From Gemmatimonadota bacterium (lineage in GTDB: Bacteria > Latescibacterota > UBA2968 > UBA8231), in assembly GCA_038153405.1 (NCBI GenBank), contig JAYOYH010000023.1, forward strand, positions 16,982 to 46,895: DNA of 29,914 nucleotides. The letters run 5' to 3'. Under the pieces are notes generated by a model. It was given only the letters and a program-made list of their open reading frames with translations, had not been told where the DNA came from and made no database searches. Each line of letters begins with the position of its first letter. The first letter of the stretch is position 1. Made by a program: the position numbers and the translations under genes. Of the stretch, positions 7,151 to 17,586 are shown piece by piece.

Positions 7151-10018
7151 ATGTCCCCATTTGATACGCATGGTGAAAACGCCGAATTCGTCGATGGACT
7201 CTACCAGCAATACCTGAGTGACCCCGCCTCGGTCGAGGCCGAGTGGCGCTATTTCTTCAAGGGATTCGAGCTGGGCTTTCTCCGTTCGGAAGGCGCAGAC
7301 GCCTCGTGGAATGCGGCCGAAAGCCCTGCCGAAGAAGAGTTGGGCGACGTGCCAGAGCGCCGCCACCGGCAGCGCACGGAAAGGGGTGTATTTGCCTTGG
7401 TGCAGGCCTATCGCACGCTGGGCCACTTTATTGCCAAACTCGATCCGCTCGGGCACAACCGCGAGAGCATTCCCCTGTTGGAGCTGTCGGAATTTGGCTT
7501 GAGCGAGGGCGATCTGGAAAAGGGCGTGGGCAAGGGTGGTTTTATGGGCGAGACGGACGGTTCGCTAAAGGGCTTGCTCGCCAGGCTGCGCAGCACCTAC
7601 TGCGGCAATATCGGCGTCGAGTATATGGATATTCCCGACAAGGAACAGCGCGCATGGCTGCAAGAGCGCATCGAGCCCTGCCTCAATAGGCACGACTTTT
7701 CCAAAGAAGAAGTGCGCCGCGTGCTGTCGCGTCTGATCGAAGCCGAGGAGTTCGAGCAGTTTTTACATACGCGCTATATCGGCCAGAAGCGCTTTTCTTT
7801 GGAAGGCGGCGAATCGCTCGTACCCCTACTCGATACGCTGGTGGAAAGCGGCGCGGCACAGGGCGTCGACGAGGTGGTTATTGGCATGGCGCACCGCGGT
7901 CGCCTGAACGTGCTCGCCCACCTGTTACACAAGCCCTACGAGCACATTCTCAGCGAGTTTGAGGGCGCGGCCGACGACGGGAGCGGCGATACCGAGGGCG
8001 ACGTTAAATACCATATGGGCTACTCCTACGACCACGTGACGTCGGCCGGTCGCAAGGTGCACTTGTCGCTCAGTTTTAATCCCAGTCATCTCGAGCTAGT
8101 CGATCCGGTCATCGAGGGCATCGTCTACGCCAAGCAGGCCTACTTGCGCGATGACGACGGGTCGCGCGTGGTGCCCGTGCTGGTGCACGGCGAAGCGGCC
8201 TTCACCGGTCAGGGCATCGTCGCCGAGACGCTGAACCTATCCGAGTTGGAAGGATACGGCACCGGCGGAACGATTCACGTTATAATCAACAACCAGCTTG
8301 GCTATACGGCCACGCCTCAAGAGACGCGCTTTACGCCCTACCCGACCGACGTGGCCAAGCAAATTCAGGCGCCCGTTTTTCACGTCAACGGAGACGATCC
8401 CGAGGCCGTAGTGCAGGCGGCGCGCGTGGCCATGGAGTTTCGCCAGCGCTTCAAGGTGGACGTCATAATCGACCTGTGGTGCTACCGCCGCTACGGCCAT
8501 AACGAAGCGGACGATCCGACGCTCACGCAGCCGCTGATGTATCAGCAGATCGCCAAACATCCAACAATTCTGCACCTCTATTCGTTTCAGCTGATCGGCC
8601 GAGGCCGCATCGTGCAGGAGGAGGTGGAAGAGCTGCGCCACCGCGTGCGCAGTCGCTTGGACGATGCTCAGGAAATTGCCAAGCGCCTCCAGGTCGCGCC
8701 GCGCACCGCCTCGTTTGGTGGGGTTTGGCAGGGGTTGAGCTGGGCGACGGAGGATCGCAGCGCGCATACGGCGATCGATCGGAGAAAGCTGGCGCGCATC
8801 GCCGAACTGGCCACGCGCGCCCCGGAGGGCTTCTCCCTGCATCGAACGGTGCAGCGCATCGTCGACGCGCGGCGCAAAATGGCTGCCGGAGAGGAGTCGC
8901 TCGACTGGGGGTGTGCCGAAATGCTGGCCTTTGGTTCGCTGCTCATTGACGGCGTGCCCGTGCGCTTGGCAGGTCAAGACAGCCAGCGCGGTACCTTCGC
9001 CCACCGCCATGCAGCGTGGCACGACATCAAGACGGGGCAGGTCCACGTGCCGCTGGCCAATATGAGCGGCGACCAGGGCGAATTCGTGGTGCTGAATACC
9101 ATGCTCTCTGAGTTGGCTGTGCTCGGCTTCGAATACGGCATTAGCTCGGCCGACCCGCGCCGCCTCGTCTTATGGGAAGCGCAATTTGGCGACTTCGTCA
9201 ACGGCGCGCAGATGATCATCGACCAGTTTATCAGCAGCGCGGAAGCCAAGTGGCAGCGCATGTGCGGCCTAGTGCTGCTGCTGCCGCACGGATCGGAGGG
9301 CATGGGCCCCGAGCATTCGAGCGCCCGCTTGGAGCGCTTCTTGCAGCTGTGTGCCAAGGGCAATATGCAGGTCGCCTACCCGACGACGCCGGCGCAGTAC
9401 TTTCACATTTTGCGGCGCCAGATGCTGCGCAACTTCCGCAAGCCGCTAGTCCTGATGACGCCCAAGAGCCTGCTGCGGCACAAGCTCTGCGTGTCGCCGG
9501 TTTCCGAGCTCGTTGAGGGTGGTTTTCAATGTGTTATCGACGATGCGGAAGTCGATGCGCCCGCAGCGGTGCGGCGCGTCGTGCTGTGCAGCGGCAAGAT
9601 CTATTACGACCTGCTGGAAGCGCGGCGCAGGGTCGAAGGCGACCATGGGCATATCGCCCTGGTTCGCGTCGAGGAAATCTATCCGTTTCCATCGCTTGAG
9701 TTGGGTCGGGTACTGGAGCGCTATGCGGGGGCAGAGCAAATTTTTTGGGTGCAGGAAGAGGCGAAGAATATGGGGGCGTGGAGCTTTGTGCGTCCCTACC
9801 TCGAAGATATCCTGTCCGATGGGTGCGAGCTCAGCTATGTCGGTCGCGACGAATCGGCCAGTCCGGCGACCGGTTCGCATCACATACATCACAATGAGCA
9901 GAGGGAAATCGTCGAACAGGCCCTAGATGCGCGTGCCAAAGAGGTCGTGCTGTCAACGGTGCGCCGCGACGTAGCCGAAGGCGTCTCCGACAAAGAGCGC
10001 GCCGGCGGTCGCATGTAG
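7151..10018 (+). CDS. sucA: 2-oxoglutarate dehydrogenase E1
   Basis: GQKRFSLEG, GMAHRGRLN, GDVKYHMG, NPSHLE, HGEAAFTGQG...NNQ, YRRYGHNE, WEAQFGDF, GPEHSSAR; AGGAAG RBS. Confidence 0.97.
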   Translation: MSPFDTHGENAEFVDGLYQQYLSDPASVEAEWRYFFKGFELGFLRSEGADASWNAAESPAEEELGDVPERRHRQRTERGVFALVQAYRTLGHFIAKLDPLGHNRESIPLLELSEFGLSEGDLEKGVGKGGFMGETDGSLKGLLARLRSTYCGNIGVEYMDIPDKEQRAWLQERIEPCLNRHDFSKEEVRRVLSRLIEAEEFEQFLHTRYIGQKRFSLEGGESLVPLLDTLVESGAAQGVDEVVIGMAHRGRLNVLAHLLHKPYEHILSEFEGAADDGSGDTEGDVKYHMGYSYDHVTSAGRKVHLSLSFNPSHLELVDPVIEGIVYAKQAYLRDDDGSRVVPVLVHGEAAFTGQGIVAETLNLSELEGYGTGGTIHVIINNQLGYTATPQETRFTPYPTDVAKQIQAPVFHVNGDDPEAVVQAARVAMEFRQRFKVDVIIDLWCYRRYGHNEADDPTLTQPLMYQQIAKHPTILHLYSFQLIGRGRIVQEEVEELRHRVRSRLDDAQEIAKRLQVAPRTASFGGVWQGLSWATEDRSAHTAIDRRKLARIAELATRAPEGFSLHRTVQRIVDARRKMAAGEESLDWGCAEMLAFGSLLIDGVPVRLAGQDSQRGTFAHRHAAWHDIKTGQVHVPLANMSGDQGEFVVLNTMLSELAVLGFEYGISSADPRRLVLWEAQFGDFVNGAQMIIDQFISSAEAKWQRMCGLVLLLPHGSEGMGPEHSSARLERFLQLCAKGNMQVAYPTTPAQYFHILRRQMLRNFRKPLVLMTPKSLLRHKLCVSPVSELVEGGFQCVIDDAEVDAPAAVRRVVLCSGKIYYDLLEARRRVEGDHGHIALVRVEEIYPFPSLELGRVLERYAGAEQIFWVQEEAKNMGAWSFVRPYLEDILSDGCELSYVGRDESASPATGSHHIHHNEQREIVEQALDARAKEVVLSTVRRDVAEGVSDKERAGGRM

Positions 10019-10043
10019 AGAAAAGGCATAGGAGACAGGTTAG

Positions 10044-11279
10044 ATGGCAGTGGATGTAGCAATACCCGCAATGGGTGAGTCGGTTAGCGAGGTCATTCTG
10101 ATCGAGTGGTTGAAGGGCGACGGCGAGTTCGTCGAACGGGACGAGGCCATTTGTGTTTTAGAGACGGACAAGGCCAACATCGACTTGCCCGCGCCGGCCG
10201 CCGGCCTGCTCAAACACGCCGCCGAGCTCGATGCGACCTTTGCCGTTGGCGCGTTGATCGCCCGCATTGAAGAGGGCGCCAAGCCGGCTGGTGGCGCTGG
10301 AGACGATGCGCCGGATGAGGGCAAAGCGCAAGCGACTGAACCGAACCCCGGCGAGAAAATGCTCAGTCCGGCGGCGCGCCGCCTGGCCGAAGAACACGCC
10401 GTTGATGTGGCTGCAGTGCAAGGTTCGGGCAAGGATGGACGCATCACCAAAGAGGATGTGCGCAGCGCGATTGATGCGCGCGCGGTCCCCGCTGCTGCCG
10501 CTGAGCCCGCTGCGAAAAAAGAGGAACTGGTCGCCGCACCGCAGGCCCCAGCGCCCCGTCCCGCCGTTTCGAGCGATGGTGATGGGCAGCGCCGCGAGCC
10601 GATGAGCCGCCTGCGCCAGCGCATCGCCCAGCACCTGGTTTCCGCCCAGCACAATGCGGCCATGTTGACGACGTTCAACGAGATCGATATGAGCGCCGTT
10701 ATGGAACTGCGCGCCCGCTACAAGGAGCGCTTTGCCGAAGTGCACGGTGTATCGCTCGGTTTTATGTCGTTCTTTTCGCGCGCTGCCGTGCTCGCTCTGC
10801 GCGAATTTCCCGCTGTCAATGCGCAGATCGACGGCACGGATATCGTCTACAACGACTGCGTGCACTTGGGTATTGCCGTCAGCACTGAGCGCGGCCTCGT
10901 GGTGCCGGTGCTGCGCCGCGCCGAGCAGATGTCGATGGCGCAGATTGAGAGCGAAATCAAGCGCCTGGCGCTGGGTGCGCGCGACAACAAGCTCGCCATG
11001 GACGAGTTGAGCGGTGGCACCTTTACCATAACCAATGGCGGCGTGTTTGGCTCGCTGCTATCGACGCCGATTGTCAACGCGCCGCAGAGCGGCATTCTCG
11101 GCATGCACGCCATTCAGCAGCGCCCCGTGGCCGTCGACGGTCAGGTCGTGATTCGCCCGATGATGTACGTGGCGCTCTCTTACGACCACCGCATTATCGA
11201 CGGCCAGCAGTCGGTCAAGTTTCTGGTGCGACTGAAGCAGCTGGTCGAAGACCCGGCGCGCCTGATGTTGGAAGTCTAA
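10044..11279 (+). CDS. sucB: Dihydrolipoamide succinyltransferase (E2)
   Basis: Lipoyl motif LETDKA; E3-binding [29 protein letters not shown]; catalytic DHRIIDG. Confidence 0.97.
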   Translation: MAVDVAIPAMGESVSEVILIEWLKGDGEFVERDEAICVLETDKANIDLPAPAAGLLKHAAELDATFAVGALIARIEEGAKPAGGAGDDAPDEGKAQATEPNPGEKMLSPAARRLAEEHAVDVAAVQGSGKDGRITKEDVRSAIDARAVPAAAAEPAAKKEELVAAPQAPAPRPAVSSDGDGQRREPMSRLRQRIAQHLVSAQHNAAMLTTFNEIDMSAVMELRARYKERFAEVHGVSLGFMSFFSRAAVLALREFPAVNAQIDGTDIVYNDCVHLGIAVSTERGLVVPVLRRAEQMSMAQIESEIKRLALGARDNKLAMDELSGGTFTITNGGVFGSLLSTPIVNAPQSGILGMHAIQQRPVAVDGQVVIRPMMYVALSYDHRIIDGQQSVKFLVRLKQLVEDPARLMLEV

Positions 11280-11295
11280 TGGAGAGGGACTGGCC

Positions 11296-12678
<1,383 letters not shown>

Positions 12679-12687
12679 GCGGCTGAG

Positions 12688-13182
12688 ATGGCGGGCGAAA
12701 ACGGGTCGGCGTCCATGCCACGACCCGCTTCGGAAAACGGCTATTTGCGCGACCACGTCGGGTTGCTGCTGTCCAGCTATCGCCACTGGCTCAAGCGCGA
12801 CCTGCCCCTGCCCATGCAAAGCGGCCTCTCTCAAGCCGAAGCGCTCTTTGCCGCCGATTTTGCCCTCGTTTCACACGGTGTGGAAGTAGATCCCTTCTTT
12901 AACTACGGCAATGGGACGGCGCTGCGGCTCTTTGAGCTGGAGTGGGAGTCATTTGTGCGCTTGCCCTCGCGCACGTCGGCCGAGATGAACGACCGCCGCG
13001 CGCGCGCTCGTCTTCTGGATGCGGTATACTCCCAGGGCTACGTAGACGACTACGCCGGCGTGCGCATATCGGCCAGCGGGCGGCGCTTCCGCATCGAGCG
13101 CGCGGTCGTTTGGAATCTGATAGACGAGCGCGGGTGTTTTCGCGGTCAGGCAGCGTGCTTCAATCATTGGATTTTCCTCTAA
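12688..13182 (+). CDS. Stand-alone MEKHLA (PAS-like) domain protein
   Basis: ALVSHG..DPFFNYGN..AL.LFE..W..FV.LPSR.SAE, GYVDDYAGVRIS.SGRRF.I....VWNL...G...GQAA.F match the bacterial MEKHLA pattern. Start could be 12688 or 12715. Confidence 0.88.
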   Translation: MAGENGSASMPRPASENGYLRDHVGLLLSSYRHWLKRDLPLPMQSGLSQAEALFAADFALVSHGVEVDPFFNYGNGTALRLFELEWESFVRLPSRTSAEMNDRRARARLLDAVYSQGYVDDYAGVRISASGRRFRIERAVVWNLIDERGCFRGQAACFNHWIFL

Positions 13183-13364
13183 CTGCAAGTCTCGTATGGA
13201 TGCTTGTGCGCCGGCGTGCGCATGGGCGACGCGATGGCCATATTTTTAGGGGGCAATGGGGTGATTGCTCGCCTCGTAGGAATGCGATTCGATAGGCTTT
13301 CGCGTTCTATTTGCGCGCTGAGAAAATCCTCCACTGTGAGCATAGAGAAAGCAGGCTAAAGGAC

Positions 13365-13778
13365 ATGTCGCTGAGTCACGAGAAACTGGAAGAGGGCGCG
13401 GTACTGGCACTGGACTTTGACAAGCTGGCCAAGGTGGCTGCTTGTGGTCAGGCACTGGTGCCGGTCGCCGTGCAGGATGCCGATAGTTTGGAAATCCTCA
13501 TCGTCGCCTATGCCAACCAGCAGGCCCTCAGTTATGCCATAGAGCATGGCGTGGCCGCATTCTGGAGCACCTCGCGCAACGAGCTGTGGGTCAAGGGCGC
13601 CACGTCGGGCGACTTTCTCGACCTAGTGGAGATCCGCGTCAACTGCGAGCAGAACTCGCTGCTCTACCGCGTGCGTCCACGCGGCGAGGGCGCCTGTCAC
13701 ACCAAGCAGGATGGACGTGCTCGTTCGGGCTGCTACTATCGCCGCTTGGTTGATGGAGCGCTGGCGTTCGTCCCTTAG
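13365..13778 (+). CDS. hisI: Phosphoribosyl-AMP cyclohydrolase (variant metal motif)
   Basis: LVPVAVQD, FWSTSRNELWVKGATSG, NCEQNSLL, GACHT..SGCYYR; AAGGA RBS before ATG 13365. Confidence 0.88.
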   Translation: MSLSHEKLEEGAVLALDFDKLAKVAACGQALVPVAVQDADSLEILIVAYANQQALSYAIEHGVAAFWSTSRNELWVKGATSGDFLDLVEIRVNCEQNSLLYRVRPRGEGACHTKQDGRARSGCYYRRLVDGALAFVP

Positions 13779-13905
13779 GCCGTTTGTATTTTCGCAGCAG
13801 ACCGAAGCGGAACATGCGCTCACCGGTCGATAGATGCGGCGCGGCGGTCGCTGTTTTGCCGCATTCGATAGTTGCTTATATTGCGCGGCCAAAAGGAGTG
13901 CGGAT

Positions 13906-14685
13906 ATGAAGGTCGACCTGGAAGGGAACATTGCGCTGGTCACTGGGGGAGCACAGGGCATCGGGAGAGCCATTGTCCAGCAGCTAGCCGACAACGGGGC
14001 GCGCGTGTGCGTGGTCGATCTGGACGGTGCGGCCGCAGAGCAGGCGGCGCGCGAGGTCGGCGGACGGGCTTGGCAGGGCGACGTGGTCGACGTGGAAGGC
14101 ATGCGCTTGGTCGTCGATGAAATATGCGCGGCATACGGCGGCTTGCACATTCTCGTCAACAACGCCGGCATCAATACGAGCGGCGGTCGCGTGCCGATTC
14201 ACGAGTTCGACGTCGAGCAGTGGGACCGCATCGTCGAAGTCGACCTGAAGGGCGTGTTTGCCGTCAGCCGAGCCGCTGTGCCGGCCATCCTGAAAAGCGG
14301 CGGCGGTCGCGTGGTCAATATTAGTTCGATTGCCGGCCTGGTGCCGCTGCGCCTGCAGTCGGCCTTTGTCGCAGCTAAAGCGGGTGTCGTCAATCTGACG
14401 CGTTCGATGGCGCTGGAACTGGGGCCGCAGGGCGTGTTGGTCAATGCCGTGGCTCCCGGGTCGACGCTGACGCGCGGCACGGAGCAGCTCTTTTACGGTC
14501 CCGATGGATCCTACAGTGAAAAGGCGCAGAGCCTGCTCTCGCACATTCCACTGGGCCGTCCCGGGCGCGTAGAAGAGATTGCCGCGGCCGTGCTCTTTTT
14601 GGTGGCGCCCGAGGCCAGCTATATCAACGGAACCGTGCTGACGGTAGACGGCGGCTGGACCGCTGGCTATGCGCGCGACTGGTGA
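13906..14685 (+). CDS. Short-chain dehydrogenase/reductase (259 aa)
   Basis: AAGGAG RBS; TGGAQGIG, LVNNAG, NISS, FxxxK in place of YxxxK, NAVAPG, VDGG. Confidence 0.92.
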   Translation: MKVDLEGNIALVTGGAQGIGRAIVQQLADNGARVCVVDLDGAAAEQAAREVGGRAWQGDVVDVEGMRLVVDEICAAYGGLHILVNNAGINTSGGRVPIHEFDVEQWDRIVEVDLKGVFAVSRAAVPAILKSGGGRVVNISSIAGLVPLRLQSAFVAAKAGVVNLTRSMALELGPQGVLVNAVAPGSTLTRGTEQLFYGPDGSYSEKAQSLLSHIPLGRPGRVEEIAAAVLFLVAPEASYINGTVLTVDGGWTAGYARDW

Positions 14686-14712
14686 AAACGACAGGTCGGA
14701 GGAGGATAAGGA

Positions 14713-15603
14713 ATGGATAAGGGCGATTTTAGGGGCGTCGTGCCGGCGCTGATTACGCCGATGACGCCGGAAGGGGCGCTGCACGAAGAGGCGTTACGCG
14801 CGGTATTCGAGTTCAACGCGGCGGCGGGTGTGCACGGCTTTTGGGTAGCCGGCGGCACGGGCGAGAGCATTTTGCTCAGCGACGACGAGAATCGCCGCAT
14901 CGCCGAGATCGTCGCCGAGCAGAATCGCGGCCGGGTGAAAAACATCATGCACGTGGGGGCGCCGACAACCGATCGCGCCGTGGCCTTGGCCCGCCATGCC
15001 GCCGCCGTCGGCGTTGAGGCTATTTGCTGCGTGCCGCCCTTCTTTTATCGCCGCACGGACGAGGAAATAGTCGAACACTATCGCGCCGTTGGTGATGCCG
15101 CTGGTTTACCGCTCTTTGTGTATAATTTGCCTTCGGCGACGCGCGTGGAAATTACGCCAGCGCTAATGGAAAAGATTCAGCGCGGTGTGCCCTGGGTCGT
15201 CGGCCTAAAGCACTCGGCCACCGATCAGATGCATATCCGCACCTTTGCGCGCATGGGATTGGCCTGCTTTACGGGCAACTGCCGACTCATGCTGCCAGCG
15301 CTGACGATGGGGGCAGCCGGCTGCGTGGACGGTCCGCCGAACGTAGCGCCCGAACTGTGGTTGGCTATCTGGGAAGCGCATGCAGCCGGCGATCTGCACG
15401 GGGCCGAGCGCGCGCAGGACGAGGCGTGGGACGCCGTCGATGATTTGCTGGCCTGCGGTGGAACCTATCACGCCTTGGCCAAGGCGGCACTGACGCTGCG
15501 CGTAGGCGTTGAATGTGGGGATGCGCGCCTGCCAGCGGCACCGCTGACGCCGGAACAGCGCGCCGCACTGCGGCAGTTGGCAGCCGAGCGCGGGTGGCAA
15601 TAA
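14713..15603 (+). CDS. DapA/NanA (dihydrodipicolinate synthase / N-acetylneuraminate lyase) family aldolase
   Basis: PALITP, GGTGES, VPPFFY, YNLP, Schiff-base Lys in VGLKHS; GGAGG/AAGGA RBS. Confidence 0.9.
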   Translation: MDKGDFRGVVPALITPMTPEGALHEEALRAVFEFNAAAGVHGFWVAGGTGESILLSDDENRRIAEIVAEQNRGRVKNIMHVGAPTTDRAVALARHAAAVGVEAICCVPPFFYRRTDEEIVEHYRAVGDAAGLPLFVYNLPSATRVEITPALMEKIQRGVPWVVGLKHSATDQMHIRTFARMGLACFTGNCRLMLPALTMGAAGCVDGPPNVAPELWLAIWEAHAAGDLHGAERAQDEAWDAVDDLLACGGTYHALAKAALTLRVGVECGDARLPAAPLTPEQRAALRQLAAERGWQ

Positions 15604-15671
15604 CAGGCAAGCCCCTCTCTACTACCGCAAGAAATGGGCTTACAATAGACTGCCAGAGTTTGCCCCGGGCA

Positions 15672-15761
15672 TTAGCGCATGATGAGGCCGTAGCCAATTT
15701 GGGTAAATACCCACACCAGCGTTAAAAGACCCAGAAAAACCCCAAAGCGCTTGAGGACCAT
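15672..15761 (-). CDS. Small 29-aa single-pass membrane peptide (not in ORF track)
   Basis: AAAGGA-N7-ATG; MVLKRFGVFLGLLTLVWVFTQIGYGLIMR*; basic N-terminus followed by a hydrophobic stretch. Confidence 0.55.
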   Translation of the reverse strand: MVLKRFGVFLGLLTLVWVFTQIGYGLIMR

Positions 15762-15932
15762 GGCGCGTCCTTTGTGGCTTGAGGCAGGGGAGGGACCTGT
15801 AGTTTTTTATCGGTTCAGAATGCCCTATGCAATGTGAGGTCATCACAAAGGGCAAAATGTTTAATTGGGTACACCGCCTGCGTACCGCAATGGTCTAACG
15901 TACGCAATTCCCCGCATTGCACAAGCGCATTT

Positions 15933-16184
15933 TTATCGGCTGATTTGCGAAGATATTTCTTCGATGCTCTGCAGATATTCGCGCAGGCCCTGACCGTCCA
16001 TGGGCAAATCCAAGACGTCGGAGAAGGGCCACATATCGCTCTCTAGGAACTCCGTGGCCGTTGCTCGATCTTGGTTCGTCGGTGCGGCAGACACGTCCTT
16101 GATGGCCTGTAGGATGACGGCGGCAGCTAGGCGGCGGTGGCCGTCAAACTGCGAGCGATACGTTGGTTTTCTGTCTTTTGCCAT
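15933..16184 (-). CDS. Hypothetical 83-aa helical protein
   Basis: MAKDRKP...RRLAAAVILQAIKD...ATEFLESD; the LAxAVIxQAxxD pattern recalls small uncharacterised proteins, often phage-associated; weak RBS. Confidence 0.7.
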   Translation of the reverse strand: MAKDRKPTYRSQFDGHRRLAAAVILQAIKDVSAAPTNQDRATATEFLESDMWPFSDVLDLPMDGQGLREYLQSIEEISSQISR

Positions 16185-16277
16185 GAGTCTCGTCTATCTA
16201 TCCGAGTGTGTAGGGTGTGCGTTGTAGCTTCTTTTAAAAGACGCCCTTATCCGCTGGTGGGATCCCATTTATTGTCG

Positions 16278-17540
16278 TCATGCCGCATAAAGGCCAATAA
16301 TGGCCCCCGTGAGCATGGTGGCCAGCGTGCCGCCCACGAGCGAACGCAGGCCCAAGCGCGCCAGATCGCCCCGCCGTTCGGGGGCAATGCCGCCGATGCC
16401 GCCGATCATGATGGCGACAGAGCCGAAGTTGGCAAAGCCGCACAGGGCATAGGTGACAATAATAAAGCTGCGCTCGCTTAAGGGCGCCGGCCCGTTCATC
16501 AGATTGGCCAATTGCAGGTAGGCGACAAATTCGTTGAGAATGGTCTTTAGCCCCATTAGCCTACCTACTGCTTCGGTTTCGGCCCAGGAAATGCCCATCA
16601 GCCAGACCAGCGGTCGAAACAGCCAGCCGCAGGCCGCTTCCAAACTCCAACCGCCCGCCTCGGCGCCGTTGACCAAGCTGTCGATAAAGCCCATGCCGTG
16701 GTTGGCCAGTGCGACGAGGCCGATAAAGGCGATCAGCATGGCCAGCACGTTGATGACTAGAAAGGCGCCCTCGCTGGCTCCGCGCGCGGCGGCGTCCAGG
16801 CCGTTGAGGGTGTCTTCGCGCGGCAGTTCTATGCGCGAACGCGCTGTCTCAGGGGTTCCAGTTTCAGGAACCATTAGTTTGGCTACTGCAATGGCGGCCG
16901 GGGCGCTTATCAGCGAAGCGACAAAGAGATGCCCAGCTATATCGGGGTGCGCGGCGCTGAGCATAGAAGCGTAGATCACCATAACAGTGCCAGCGATGGT
17001 GGCCATGCCGCCCGTCATGAGGCAAAATAGCTCGCTTTCGGTCATGCGCGTCACGTAGGGACGGATGAGCAGGGGGGCCTCCGTCATGCCGAGAAAGACA
17101 TTGGCGGCAACCCCGACGCTTTCGGCTGAGCTTATGCCGAGCACGCGCTGCATGAAACGGCTGAGATGCGAGATCAGCCAGGGCAGCACGCGGTAGTGGT
17201 ACAGCATGCGCGAAAGCGCCGCGACGAAAATGAGAATGGCGGCTATTTGCAGGGCAATTACGGGGCCATACTGACGGGCGAATGTCTCGCCGGCCACGCC
17301 GCCAAAGAGCAGTGATTCGTTAGCTTTAAGCGCCGTTTTTTGCAGCAACTGTGTAAGGCTGTGCGCCGCGGAAAACAGCGGCGTGCGCAGAGCGGGTTGT
17401 AGGAGCAATCCGGCTAGGGCGATTTGCAGCAGCGATGCTACCGCGACGGTCTTCCAGGGAAGGCGCTGTGGGCGCTGACCGCTCAGCCAGGCGATGCAGA
17501 GGAGTAAAAAGTAGCCGGAGGCGCTGTGCAGGATCGACAT
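16278..17540 (-). CDS. NupC/NupG (CNT) Na+/nucleoside symporter
   Basis: AANVFLGMTEAPLLIRPY, MTGGMATIAG, KTILNEFVAY, YALCGFANFGS; multiple TM segments; start MSILHSASG at 17540. Confidence 0.93.
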   Translation of the reverse strand: MSILHSASGYFLLLCIAWLSGQRPQRLPWKTVAVASLLQIALAGLLLQPALRTPLFSAAHSLTQLLQKTALKANESLLFGGVAGETFARQYGPVIALQIAAILIFVAALSRMLYHYRVLPWLISHLSRFMQRVLGISSAESVGVAANVFLGMTEAPLLIRPYVTRMTESELFCLMTGGMATIAGTVMVIYASMLSAAHPDIAGHLFVASLISAPAAIAVAKLMVPETGTPETARSRIELPREDTLNGLDAAARGASEGAFLVINVLAMLIAFIGLVALANHGMGFIDSLVNGAEAGGWSLEAACGWLFRPLVWLMGISWAETEAVGRLMGLKTILNEFVAYLQLANLMNGPAPLSERSFIIVTYALCGFANFGSVAIMIGGIGGIAPERRGDLARLGLRSLVGGTLATMLTGAIIGLYAA

Positions 17541-17586
17541 CGTGCTGGTAGAAGAACAGTGCGATGGGGGCAAAAGTCAAGGAATT

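Noticed and set aside
15833..15847. CRP/FNR-like site TGTGA..TCACA
   Set aside because: Spacer is 5 nt rather than the 6 nt required for CRP; kept only as a generic palindrome.
15838..15900. Resemblance to a c-di-GMP-I riboswitch (AGGGCAAA...GGTCTAA)
   Set aside because: No GNRA-capped P2 stem or GACGCAAAG core, and no plus-strand gene downstream.
15604..16277. Prophage or mobile-element remnant in the AT-richer patch
   Set aside because: No integrase, transposase, tRNA or flanking direct repeats seen.
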